Made by a program: the position numbers and the translations under genes
Shown here: positions 48,420 through 58,434 of the stretch, one piece after another
How the letters are laid out: every line of letters begins with the position of its first letter
Numbering within the stretch: position 1 is the first letter of the stretch
NCBI GenBank assembly: GCA_965217865.1
Contig: CBDCJO010000002.1
Span: 2,240,001 to 2,304,000 of the forward strand
Direction of reading: 5' to 3'
Source: Candidatus Latescibacterota bacterium
GTDB lineage: Bacteria; Latescibacterota; UBA2968; SICM01
Length of the DNA: 64,000 nucleotides
The notes under the pieces: generated by a model
Databases searched by the model: none
Seen by the model: the letters and a program-made list of their open reading frames with translations, nothing else
Told to the model about the DNA's origin: nothing

Positions 48420-49835
48420 CTAATGCTGGTTCCCGGCCGGAATCGACTCCTTCTCCTTACCATCCGGTTTTTCCTCGGACATGGCCGACAAAGCGGCATT
48501 CAGGTTGCTTTCCGAATCGATCAGGAACTGAGCGGAGGTCACGATCCGCTCCCCTTCCTTCAACCCGTTGATCACTTCGTGGACGCTTTCCGCCTCGGCA
48601 CCCAGGACAATCTCCCGGGGGAGAAAACGCCCTTCCCCCAGATCCAGGATGACCAGATTCCGCTCGCCTGAACGGATCACCGCCTGGGCGGGCACGACCA
48701 GCGCATCCCGGGATACTAACGGCTTGATCTTCACGTTTGCGTACATCCCGGGTTTCAGGCTCATGTCGGGATTCGGGAAGACCATTCGTACCTTTACGGT
48801 CCGCGTTTTAGACTCCAGAAAGGGATAGATGTAAGTGACCTTTCCCCGGAAGGTCCTTCCAGGTTCATAGGCCAGTTCCACCTCCGCTTCCTGACCTTCC
48901 TTAATCCAGGGCAGCTCGTACTCGTAGATATCGGCGTAAATCCAGACACGGGAGAGGTCCGCGATCCGGTAGAGGTGTTCTCCCGCCTTGATATGCGCCC
49001 CGTCAAAGACCGCCTTGTGAACCACCACCCCCTCCTGAGGGGAATGGATCGTCATGGTCCGTTTTACCTTCCGACTCAGCTCCAGCTCGGCGATCTGGTC
49101 CTGCCGGATGTCCCAATAGAGCAATCTCTGCTTCGCAGAATGAAGAAGATCCTGACCCCCTTCCGCAATCTCCGCTGCCGCGCTTTTCGCCAATCGCCGA
49201 CTGTAGTCCAAGGCGGTAAGGTATTCCTCTTGTGCAGCCACGAGTTCGGGGCTATAGATCTCCAACAGGCGCTCCCCTTTTTTAACCGATTGCCCGGTGT
49301 AGTCCACGAACAATTTTTCCACCCACCCGTCAATCTTGGTGTTCACGTCCGTCATCCGGGTCTCGTCGTAGTCCACACGGCCCACGGTGCGAACGGTCCG
49401 CGCCAGGGACTGCCGCTTCACCACCGTGGTCTTTACTCCGATGTTCTGCACGGTCGCCGGATCGATCTTCACGCCGGCTCCGCCTGCCATCACCTCGTCC
49501 TCGTAAACCGGAATAAGGTCCATCCCCATCGGAGATACCCCGGGCATATCCGAGATATAGTTCGGATCCATCGGCGCCCGCCAGTGGAGGATTTTCCGCT
49601 CTTTGGAAACGACTTCATCTTCGTGAAGGTGGCCCCCTTCGTCTTTTACCAGGTCCATCCCGCAGACTGGACAGACCCCAGGCCTCTCTGATGTGTAAGT
49701 CGGGTGCATCTGACACCGGTAGATCTCCATCTCCTTCCCAACAAGCCCAACCCCATCATCCCCTCCCATCCAGAACCCCAAGCCCAGGCCAATCCCCAAG
49801 GCAAGAACAAACACGAGAGTCGGCTTTGTTTTCAT
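48420..49835 (-). CDS. cusB: CusB-like RND periplasmic adaptor with heavy-metal-binding domains
   Basis: YRCQMHP...PGVCPVCGMDL, APMDP...SPMGMDL, YSPELV.AQ.E, QFLIDSES; start MKTKP at 49835. Confidence 0.92.
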   Translation of the reverse strand: MKTKPTLVFVLALGIGLGLGFWMGGDDGVGLVGKEMEIYRCQMHPTYTSERPGVCPVCGMDLVKDEGGHLHEDEVVSKERKILHWRAPMDPNYISDMPGVSPMGMDLIPVYEDEVMAGGAGVKIDPATVQNIGVKTTVVKRQSLARTVRTVGRVDYDETRMTDVNTKIDGWVEKLFVDYTGQSVKKGERLLEIYSPELVAAQEEYLTALDYSRRLAKSAAAEIAEGGQDLLHSAKQRLLYWDIRQDQIAELELSRKVKRTMTIHSPQEGVVVHKAVFDGAHIKAGEHLYRIADLSRVWIYADIYEYELPWIKEGQEAEVELAYEPGRTFRGKVTYIYPFLESKTRTVKVRMVFPNPDMSLKPGMYANVKIKPLVSRDALVVPAQAVIRSGERNLVILDLGEGRFLPREIVLGAEAESVHEVINGLKEGERIVTSAQFLIDSESNLNAALSAMSEEKPDGKEKESIPAGNQH

Positions 49836-49930
49836 GAAAACACTCCAGTTGAATTCATTGACAAACGGTAAGCCAAACAGAAACACTTGTTCGTCATTCG
49901 TGATTTTTGTGATACAGTATGGTTTTGACG

Positions 49931-51202
49931 TTAGAAAATGCGCTTTCCGACTATGGCCTCCAATTCGGCGAGTTGCTTTTCGTGGTTCGTCACGTGCCGA
50001 TAGTAGTCGATTTCAAAATTGAACAAGGTCACCTGATTATCCAGGAGGGTCAGGAAGTCGACTTTGTCCACCTGGTAGCCGGCCATTGCGGACTCAAATG
50101 ACTGCTCGGCCTGGGGGAGTATCGCGGTACGGAACAGTTCCGCCTGTTCCCCGTGCTTATCGATATCCAGGTTGATCGTGCGCACCTGAAAAAGGATGCG
50201 CTGTCTCGCCGCCTCGTGTTGCGCCTGGGCCATACGTGTGTTTGCTTGAGCCTCCTGAACCCGGCGTCCCTGTTTGCGCCCGCTGTACAGGGGGAGATTC
50301 AGATCCACCCCGAATGTCAGGAAATCGCTACCCCTAACGGGATCGACTGGCATGAACGATCGCTGTCGGTAGCTAAAGCTGAAGTTGAAACTTGGCCAGT
50401 AGGCTCTGCGGGCGAAAATCTCCGCGGCTTTCCACTGGCTGATGGTGCTGGCGATTCCCTTCAGAAGGGGCCGGCTTTCGAGTGCCGCCCTCTGCATCTC
50501 TTCAAGGGGGACGCTGAACGGTGTCAGGACAATCTGACCAGGAATCCCGACAGGTTCCTGGGGGGAGTGATTGAGGACAAGGTTCAACCCGGCTTCAGCC
50601 GTTTTGCGCCTCTGCCTGAGGACGATCAACCGATCCATCAAAGCCGAGAGGGACACCTGCGCTTTGAGGACGTCCTGCTGGAGGCCGCGTCCAACTGAAT
50701 ACTTCGCCTGAGCGATCCGGATAAAGTCCTTAAGCAAGGCCTTGTTCTTCTCCGTAGTCTCGATCGCCCTATCCAGGAATGCCAGGTCAAAATAGGCCTG
50801 CTTGACGAGGTTTACAATCGTACCCTCCCGATCCCGGAAGGTCTCTTCGGCAGCCCCAGCAGCGTGCCTGGCCACCCTTTCTTTCGCGGAGCGTGTACCG
50901 GGGAAGGGGATCCTCTGGCTGACGGCGATTAACTTACCCGACATGGGGGTGCTGTCGAAGTCGAAGGAACTGGACGGGAGGTTCACCGCATCGAACCGGA
51001 GAATCGGATCGTCCAGGGCCCCGGCCTGGGGGACCCGTGCATCAAACGCCTCCCACCGGGCTTTCAAAACCGCCAGTTCGGGATTATTTTCCAGTGCCTG
51101 AACGATCAGCGCGTTGAGATCCAGTTCTTCTGCCTTCAGAGCGCCGGAGGGGAGGAGTATCAGAGCGGAAAATATCGAAATGGATTTTTTGAGGCGTTTC
51201 AC
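49931..51202 (-). CDS. TolC family outer membrane efflux protein (CusC-like)
   Basis: NNPEL, AGALDDP, SQRIPFPG; adjacent to cusBA. Confidence 0.92.
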   Translation of the reverse strand: MKRLKKSISIFSALILLPSGALKAEELDLNALIVQALENNPELAVLKARWEAFDARVPQAGALDDPILRFDAVNLPSSSFDFDSTPMSGKLIAVSQRIPFPGTRSAKERVARHAAGAAEETFRDREGTIVNLVKQAYFDLAFLDRAIETTEKNKALLKDFIRIAQAKYSVGRGLQQDVLKAQVSLSALMDRLIVLRQRRKTAEAGLNLVLNHSPQEPVGIPGQIVLTPFSVPLEEMQRAALESRPLLKGIASTISQWKAAEIFARRAYWPSFNFSFSYRQRSFMPVDPVRGSDFLTFGVDLNLPLYSGRKQGRRVQEAQANTRMAQAQHEAARQRILFQVRTINLDIDKHGEQAELFRTAILPQAEQSFESAMAGYQVDKVDFLTLLDNQVTLFNFEIDYYRHVTNHEKQLAELEAIVGKRIF

Positions 51203-51262
51203 GTGGTTTCCTTTCCGTTTGTTAACCGGAATAGCTCCCTCTGAGGAGCGAGCCCACAGGTT

Positions 51263-53548
51263 TCAAAGTGCCAATTTGCGCAGCCTCAGGGCGTTGCCGA
51301 TGACGGACAAAGAGCTGAAGGTCATGGCCGCACTGGCGATCATGGGGCTGAGCAGGAGGCCGATTGCGGGATAGAGAATTCCTGCGGCAATGGGGACCCC
51401 GAGGAGGTTGTAGATGAAGGCGAAAAAGAGGTTCTGCCTGATATTCCTCATGGTTCCCCGGCTGAGCCTGCGGGCCCGTGCGATGCCCCGCAGATCCCCC
51501 TTCACGAGTGTCACCCCGGCGCTCTCCATAGCCACTTCAGTTCCCGTGCCCATTGCGATCCCGACGTGAGCCTGGGCGAGGGCCGGGGCATCGTTGATCC
51601 CATCGCCGGCCATTGCCACGACGCTTCCTTCGGCTTGAAGACGCTTCACCACATCGACTTTGCCTGCAGGTAGGACTTCGGCTTCCACGCCGTCGATTCC
51701 AAGCTCAAGGGCTACGGCCTCGGCCGTCCTACGATTGTCTCCGGTGAGCATGATGATCCGGATCCCTTCCCGCTGCAGCATTCCGATGGCTTCGTTCGTG
51801 GACGCCTTGATCGTGTCCGTTATCCCCAGAAAGCCTGCGGGCTGATTGTCGATGATGACGAACATCACGGTCTGGCCTTCCTGAAGTAATTTCTCACTCT
51901 TTTCAAGGAGCGGTCCCGGCTCTATGGCCAGTTCCTCGAGGAGCTTGCGGTTGCCTATCACCACGGACCGGCCTTCAACCGTGCCGATCACACCCTGACC
52001 GGTGATGGAGCGGAAGCCTTCCGCCTCCTGGAGTTCAATGTTTCTCTCTCGAGAGGCGGAGACGATTGCATCAGCAAGGGGATGTTCGCTCCCGCGTTCC
52101 AGGCTCGCAGCGAACCTGATGATCTCTGCCTCGTTGTGGCCATCCATGGGTATCACTGAGGTGAGGCGGGGCTTTCCCTCGGTGAGCGTGCCGGTCTTGT
52201 CCACGAGGATGGTGTCCACTTTTTCCAGGATTTCCAGGGCCTCCGCGGTCTTGATCAACACACCTGCAGTCGCTCCTCGGCCGGTCCCGACCATGATCGA
52301 CATCGGTGTGGCCAGCCCCAATGCGCAAGGGCACGCGATGATGAGCACGGCCACTGCGTTGACCAGGGCGTAGGCCATCGGCGGCTCCGGTCCGAAAAAG
52401 CCCCAGATGATGAAGGTGAAAACGGCCGCGGTGATGACCCCTGGGACGAAGTAGCCCGAGACGACATCCGCCAGGCGCTGAATCGGGGCCCGGCTGCGCT
52501 GGGCGTCGCTCACCATACGGACGATCTGGGCGAGGAGGGTTTCACTTCCCACCCGCTCGGCTCGGATCAGAAAGCTTGCCGTGCCGTTCAGGGTGCCGCC
52601 CGTGACTCCTGCCCCAGGGGTCTTCTCGGCAGGAATCGGCTCGCCTGTGACCATCGACTCGTCCACGGAACTAAAACCATCTACTACGACGCCGTCTACG
52701 GGGATCTTTTCTCCGGGTCGGACCCGGAGGAGATCGCCAGGTTCGACGCGATCCAGAGGGATATCCTCTTCGGTTCCATCGTCCGTGAGTATCCGCGCGG
52801 TCTTCGGCGCTAAGCCCAGGAGTGCCCTGATGGCGCTGCTGGTACGGCTGCGGGCCCGCAGCTCGAGCACCTGCCCGAGGAGCACCAGGGTTGTGATGAC
52901 CGCGGCCGCCTCGAAGTAGACATCCGGGACACCGTGGTGACTGCGGAAGGAATCGGGAAAGATGTCCGGGAACACGGCCGCAACCAGACTGTAGAAGTAT
53001 GCCGCACCGGTGCCGACGGCGATGAGGGTAAACATATTAAGGCTGCGATTGACGATCGATGTCCACCCCCGCTGGAAAAAGGGCCAGCCTCCCCAGAGGA
53101 CCACCGGGGTGGCCAGCCCGAGCTGCAACCAGACCCCGGAAAGGATTTCGAGGACGAGGCTATCCAGGACCATCTCGGACATCGCCAGGAAGAGGATCGG
53201 GGCCGTCAACACGAGGCACACCCAGAACCGGCGGTTTATATCGACCAATTCCGGATTGATTTCTTCCTTTTCACCCGCTGTTCGAGGTTCCAGGGCCATT
53301 CCGCATATCGGACAATCCCCGGGCTTCTCTCGGACGATCTCCGGATGCATCGGGCAGACATATTCCGTCCTGGGGGCCGAAGGGGTAACCATCAAGGGTT
53401 CGAGGGCCATACCACATTCGGGACAGACGCCCGGCTCGTGCTTGATGACATCAGGATGCATGGGGCAGGTGAATTCTTCGCCATTCCCATGGGTCCGAGG
53501 GGGTTGGCCATCCTCGGGAGGATGGTACACGTTTTCACGGTCGTTCAT
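51263..53548 (-). CDS. copA: Copper-translocating P1B-type ATPase
   Basis: Two CPMHP domains, [36 protein letters not shown]. Confidence 0.96.
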   Translation of the reverse strand: MNDRENVYHPPEDGQPPRTHGNGEEFTCPMHPDVIKHEPGVCPECGMALEPLMVTPSAPRTEYVCPMHPEIVREKPGDCPICGMALEPRTAGEKEEINPELVDINRRFWVCLVLTAPILFLAMSEMVLDSLVLEILSGVWLQLGLATPVVLWGGWPFFQRGWTSIVNRSLNMFTLIAVGTGAAYFYSLVAAVFPDIFPDSFRSHHGVPDVYFEAAAVITTLVLLGQVLELRARSRTSSAIRALLGLAPKTARILTDDGTEEDIPLDRVEPGDLLRVRPGEKIPVDGVVVDGFSSVDESMVTGEPIPAEKTPGAGVTGGTLNGTASFLIRAERVGSETLLAQIVRMVSDAQRSRAPIQRLADVVSGYFVPGVITAAVFTFIIWGFFGPEPPMAYALVNAVAVLIIACPCALGLATPMSIMVGTGRGATAGVLIKTAEALEILEKVDTILVDKTGTLTEGKPRLTSVIPMDGHNEAEIIRFAASLERGSEHPLADAIVSASRERNIELQEAEGFRSITGQGVIGTVEGRSVVIGNRKLLEELAIEPGPLLEKSEKLLQEGQTVMFVIIDNQPAGFLGITDTIKASTNEAIGMLQREGIRIIMLTGDNRRTAEAVALELGIDGVEAEVLPAGKVDVVKRLQAEGSVVAMAGDGINDAPALAQAHVGIAMGTGTEVAMESAGVTLVKGDLRGIARARRLSRGTMRNIRQNLFFAFIYNLLGVPIAAGILYPAIGLLLSPMIASAAMTFSSLSVIGNALRLRKLAL

Positions 53549-53700
53549 GACCGGACCTCGTTCTGGAGATTATACTTCGTGTAGCGAATGTCCGCGATGG
53601 CTGATAGACGTCAGGAATGGGCATCAATGGAAGTGGATAAACGAGACCACTCCATCGGCCTTATCGATATCGGTTTTAATCGTGTATGGGATGGTAAGGT

Positions 53701-54075
53701 TTAGATCAGGTAGGCGGAATGAAGCCGGAAGAGTTTGGGAGGATCTTGCAGTGAATGGAGTGCATTCAAGTGGATGGAAGCAGTCCAGTTCGGATGAAGG
53801 ATCGCACCAGGAAAGGTGTGATTGTTGAGTTGGAGGTGCACCCGGGCAGGAGCATCCACCCGAGCAGAGGAGGGTGGAAGGCTGGATGTTGACGGCGGCA
53901 TGGATCGGATTTCGCAGCACGGCATAGGGTTCGCCGTCCGGTCGCATCCCGAGGTGGCGGCTTGCGTTCCACAACCTGTGCACTCATCCATGGCCGGAAC
54001 GGCATAAACCTCGAAGATCCCGACGGTTGCAGCGCAAATCACGAGGACGACAATGAAAGTGAGGGTTAAACGCAC
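53701..54075 (-). CDS. Cys/His-rich exported hypothetical protein heading the copper operon
   Basis: N-terminal hydrophobic helix, CTGC, PMPCC, C-terminal DPPKLFRLHSAYLI; AAGGA RBS. Confidence 0.65.
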   Translation of the reverse strand: MRLTLTFIVVLVICAATVGIFEVYAVPAMDECTGCGTQAATSGCDRTANPMPCCEIRSMPPSTSSLPPSSARVDAPARVHLQLNNHTFPGAILHPNWTASIHLNALHSLQDPPKLFRLHSAYLI

Positions 54076-54227
54076 GATGTAGATCCTTAAAAGTTAGCGG
54101 TCCATATTGTCGATCGGTTATCCGGTCGAACCCGCGTAGCTTTGACGATTGAGTTCGTTATGAGTTCCAAGCCTTGAGTTATTTCGGCTGTATAAATAGA
54201 GTAGGCAATTTTTGGACCATAGTCAAG

Positions 54228-55154
54228 TCATAGACTTGGGAGAAACGACTTCTGTTGGAATCTGCCAGGTTTTAATGGGTTGAGATGGACAAGCAACCTG
54301 TTGAAAAGAAGGATGGGGTATCTCAATCGTACGCTATCTGTGACAGCCGCTGCTGATTGCTCATTATCCTCATAAAAATTTGCTAAATGCGCCGCACCCA
54401 AACCCAGCCCTATACCAAAGTCTCCTCCGACTCCTATTACCTCTGCTGTTCCCGCGCTCATATTCGATCTGCTGGCAATAACAAAACCAGAAATAGCTTC
54501 GGGGATGCTTACAAGCATTCCTGCGCCAATAATCGATTTATCAGATGGTCTTTTACTAAATAAGTAAGCCAAAGTTATTCCATGCACAATGCCACGTGTT
54601 CCTCCATAGAAAGACAAGTTTGATGCTGCATTCGTTACAGGGATATTTTTGGTTGCGGAAAATGGGAGGAAAAATCCAGCACTACTGGTAAGCATGTAAA
54701 GTCCTACAGCTAACTTGCCATCACCATCAAAATCAAGGGCCACTGGAAGCGCCCATCCATAATACCCCAGAGAAAGGGCCATGTTACCAATAATTAGCTT
54801 AGTGCGTCCGCTTTGATCGAGGGCAGCTTGTGGTGCTTGCTGTTTAATTCGTGCTGTCACTTTTTGTTGAAAACTAGAAACTTCTTCCAGGGAAAACTGC
54901 AACCGTTTTTTGAATAACTTTTCTTGTGGGCGATAATAGATCTCAAGCACGAAGAGGGAATTGGAAATCTGGAATAATCGAGCTTCTCTAAAATTTACGT
55001 ACTCGGTAAATAGATTTAGTTTTTGCTCAAGTTTTGAATCAATGTATTCAATTTTGCCCTCCTCGTCTATCGGAATTTGAATCTCTTGTGCATTGGCCAG
55101 TTCTAAATAAAGATTGAATAAAAACACGAAGATAATAAAAAGGATATTCTTCAT
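54228..55154 (-). pseudogene. Low-GC membrane protein gene, probably 3'-truncated
   Basis: AT-rich codon usage, signal peptide, Gly-rich TM helices; composition changes near 54345 and the tail runs through an IS-like inverted repeat. Confidence 0.55.
54290..54309. mobile_element. Solo IS1182/IS5-like terminal inverted repeat remnant
   Basis: CAAG-CAACCTGTTGAAAAG versus CTAG-CAGCCTGTTGAAAAA at the 39 kb IS. Confidence 0.5.
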
Positions 55155-55204
55155 CAGTTTTGCCTCATGTGAGCGAACTATAGAGGTCAATATATGCTCA
55201 TAGA

Positions 55205-55223
55205 ACCTAACTATTAATTATAC
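55205..55223 (-). other. Integron attI-like simple site upstream of the low-GC gene
   Basis: Minus strand GTATAAT-TAATA-GTTAGGT (L box, 5-bp spacer, GTTRRRY), about 50 bp before the ATG. Confidence 0.4.
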
Positions 55224-55261
55224 AGACCTGTATAGCAACTGCAAACACTGCCAGATCGGTC

Positions 55262-56119
55262 TGTTACTGCTGGTACTGGCTGGCTGACGGATGTCACAAG
55301 GCCGGAATTCCATTCTACCTGGGACACGCCCTGTATATGAAGGCGATCCACGGGGGCAAAAAGAAGAACGACCGTCTCGATTCCAGAATGCTGGCAGAGC
55401 TGATGCGCTGCAACCTGTTCCCGATGGCCTATGCCTATCCGCAAGAGATGCGGGCAACCCGGGACCTGCTCCGGCGAAGGCACCGGTTTGTGGCCTTACG
55501 GGCTGAGTGCTACACCCACATCCAGAACACCTTCTCTCAGCAGGCTATCCTGGATCCTCTCAGCGACCAGGTCAAAAAGAAGACCAGCAGGAGAAAGCTG
55601 TGCGAACGTCTGGCCGACCCAGATCTGGGTATGTCTGTGGGCTGCGATCTGGACCTGGTTGACTCCCTGGACAAAATGATCTACAAAGTCGAGAAGCAAG
55701 TCCTTGCACAGGCCAAACATCACGATCGCAATGCCCTGTCTATCCTGATGACGGTTCCCGGACTTGGGGAGATGCTGGCCATGACCATCCTGTATGAAAT
55801 CCACACGGTTGAACGGTTCAAATCCGCTTCAGCCTTCTCCTCCTACAGCCGGCTGATCAAAGTCGAGAGAGAGTCCGCTGGGAAGAAGACAAAGGACGGG
55901 AATAACAAAATCGGAAACCCACACCTAAAGTGGGCCTTCTCGGAAATCATCCTCGTGGCTCAGCGATGGTCAGAACCGATCAATAGAAACTACGAGAAAC
56001 TCAAGAGCAAACACGGTCCGGGAAAAGCCAAGAGCGTCATCGCTCATAAATTCGGCGTGGCCGCCTACCAAATGCTCAAAAGTGGCCAGGCATTCGACGA
56101 GAAACGGTTTGTAGCATAA
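55262..56119 (+). pseudogene. IS110-family transposase lacking the N-terminal part of the DEDD domain
   Basis: In-frame WYWLAD...GHALYMKAIHGGKKKNDRLD, VPGLG, ESAGK, GNPHLKW; in-frame stop at 55208 and no GID-type motif upstream. Confidence 0.85.
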
Positions 56120-56120
56120 T

Positions 56121-56400
56121 GGGTGGGGCGGTTAACCCGGCAGCTAACTGGCAGGGCAACGTCCGGACAATAGCCCAGCTTTCCCGCTGTGATTGGGAAG
56201 CCGCCTTCACCCCTTATATAGAACATAGATGAGCGGATCTGAGACAGTCAGTCCGTCTGCCCCCGCGATGAACCCGAACCTAACTGGCGTTCCCCCTCAC
56301 AAAAAGGGGAGAACAGCCATCCTTCTTGATTGGGTCGCAAGGGGTACCGATTATTTTCTGGAGGGAGAGGAAAAGCCTCTCCCAGGGCGCTCCACAGAAT
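56121..56400 (+). ncRNA. Candidate IS110 bridge/seek RNA with two homologous stem-loop domains
   Basis: Two modules AACCC-N4/5-CTAACTGGC...TGATTGGG, 137 nt apart, each closed by its own outer stem. Confidence 0.55.
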
Positions 56401-56548
56401 ACCGTGAGAGACGCTTGATTTCCAATACGTGTTTGGTGCAGATGGCTCACATCTAGCCCGGTATGTGAAAATCGAGCCAGACTGGCGACTGACAAAGATC
56501 CGAACATCGCTAAACCTCTTCGGATCGGCTCATTGCAAGTCCCGACCG

Positions 56549-57172
56549 TTAGGGTCGCAAAAAAACGGTGAAAATCGTGATGAAGGGGTCTTTTTTTCTT
56601 GACCCGGGGCCTTTAATATGTGTATACTGGATCAGATCTATCCGCTCTGCAAGGCGGTCCCAGTAAGGCGGCCGGAGGTGCTTGATGACGGCGGGATGGG
56701 AAAAGTCCCAGGTTATCTTGAGCGGACGTTTCTCCGCCTTTTCGAAACCCTCGGCAAGGGCATAAGTCTTCTCCGGCGTCTCGGTGCAGGTATCCCGATG
56801 GACCTCGATGGCCACATCCATCTCCAACCGATCCCCCTCGGCCATTATTCGCCTCGCAAGGTCCACCGCCCTTTTCGTAGGGGTATCGTGATCGAGCAGC
56901 TGCACGTTAACGCACCGGGCCCCCGCTGCTTTTATCCTCCTGAGTTTTGGCACGACCTCTTTTGCCTTCGCGTGATCGGATTGGCACGCAAACAGAAGTC
57001 CTGTTTTGTCCACGATCTCCCGGGTCACCGCCGGAACCCGTCCCGTAAACCCGTCGAAACCCGCTTTTTTGATCTTCTTCAGTTTCTTCTCGATCGACCA
57101 CTCCCCCTTTTTCCCCCCATATCCCCCGAGCGTCCACAGACTTCCCATGTGATGAATCTGAGGTTTTTGCAC
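56549..57172 (-). pseudogene. Sugar-phosphate isomerase / xylose-isomerase-like TIM barrel, 3'-truncated by IS110
   Basis: AGFDG, EVHRDT.TE, TWDFSH; coding-like sequence stops at about 56623 where the IS end begins. Confidence 0.7.
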
Positions 57173-57349
57173 CTCCGTTCCTTTCTTTTGCCATCGCTTC
57201 TCCCTTTCCCAAGTGGTTTGGTAAGGAACTCAAACTGTATTCTCAGTTCCTGATCAATTTCTTTTTGCCACATCGTGGTTTCTCTTCGTCTTTGAGACAA
57301 CTCAAAGTCAAAAATGTCTCGCTGATCCCCACGACCTTCGCCATCACCC

Positions 57350-57460
57350 CCAGCTTTTCCCGGCCTCTGACCCCTGTCCTTCGTCTCCGGTCTACCCTTA
57401 ATTTTGCATTTTCCATTTTGCATTTTTCACCTTGCATTTTCCTCCTGACCCCCGACCCAA
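57350..57460. repeat. Mosaic pyrimidine-rich heptamer array (reverse orientation)
   Basis: CTGACCC/CCGGCCT units and TTTGCAT-type units. Confidence 0.65.
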
Positions 57461-57627
57461 GATCTAACCCTGTTTTAGTTGCTTATTGCTCATTGTCGGG
57501 AGAGAACCGGCCCGGATCTGTGCGGCCAGTTCCCGCTGCTCCAACTCTGCCTATCTACTTTCTGTGCAAAGAGTTATCGGTCAGCATCCGGTGGGATTTT
57601 CATCAGCGTACGGTAGTGGTTCCGGGT

Positions 57628-57653
57628 CAATTCTGCACGCGCGTGCAGAATTG
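57628..57653. promoter_or_regulatory. Perfect 26-bp palindrome, candidate protein-binding site
   Basis: CAATTCTGCACGCGCGTGCAGAATTG; same pattern as 42819-42842. Confidence 0.55.
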
Positions 57654-57714
57654 GAAAGGTCCGGTGGAATCCAAGAGATTCATACAAAATCCTCTCGCCG
57701 ATTCCTTACTTTTT

Positions 57715-57777
57715 CCGACCTCCGACCTCCGACCTCTGACCTCTGACCTCTGACCTCTGACCTCTGACCTCTGACCC
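57715..57777. repeat. Heptamer tandem repeat (CYGACCT) x9
   Basis: CCGACCT x3, CTGACCT x5, CTGACCC. Confidence 0.9.
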
Positions 57778-58023
57778 CCGTTCCTATACATAACGTCTTA
57801 AATAATTGCGCATATTTTCGGAAAGTTTCGCCTCAACCGTTCAACCTGCCACTTCGGCTAAACCTGAAGACTCAGTTAAATTAGAGTCTTCTTCTGACTC
57901 CTGTATTCTGTATTCCAGTGGGGATGGACTGAAGGGTCTTTGGAGCCCGCCGGATCTCACCCTATAGCGCGAGGATGACACGCTCTGTATCGCGTATCGT
58001 AAGCTTTTTCATAACGGCACGCC

Positions 58024-58434
58024 TTAATCTGGCAGCTTTGCGCCTACCCTTTGAACCTCTTCGTATGGCTGAAGCCAGGCCGTAGATTCATCGTGCATGT
58101 CTACCACTTGGATCCGGTTCCCCCAAGGATCTCGGAAATCACACCGAAAAGGTGGAATCGTCTTCAAGCCATATTTTTGGGTTATCTTCTCACGAACTTC
58201 TGTAACTTGTGCATCGTCTCGGACAATGAGTCCGAAGTGTCTGTGATTGTCCACATGTGGCGCATCAGATTGAAATAGGGCCAAGAATTGGTGATTGCCG
58301 AGTTGGAAAAAAGCGTCTCCTTCACCTTCTTTTTTTGGTTCGAGATTGAAGACATCGGTGTAGAATTCGATCGCGTTGTCAAGATCACCGACCTCTATAA
58401 CGATGTGGTTACAGCCAAACACACGTACAGCCAT
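58024..58434 (-). CDS. VOC (glyoxalase/bleomycin resistance) family protein
   Basis: NHIVIEV.DL..AIEFY..VF, HFGL, FRDPWGNRIQV; start MAVRVFG. Confidence 0.88.
   Translation of the reverse strand: MAVRVFGCNHIVIEVGDLDNAIEFYTDVFNLEPKKEGEGDAFFQLGNHQFLALFQSDAPHVDNHRHFGLIVRDDAQVTEVREKITQKYGLKTIPPFRCDFRDPWGNRIQVVDMHDESTAWLQPYEEVQRVGAKLPD

Larger units (their letters stand above)
55262..56622 (+). mobile_element. IS110-family element, 5'-truncated
   Basis: Transposase fragment followed by about 500 bp of structured non-coding DNA ending in TTGACC...TAATATGTG, where the neighbouring gene is cut. Confidence 0.75.

Noticed and set aside
57715-57777. Repeat arrays as CRISPR
   Set aside because: 7-bp tandem units with no unique spacers, and no cas genes
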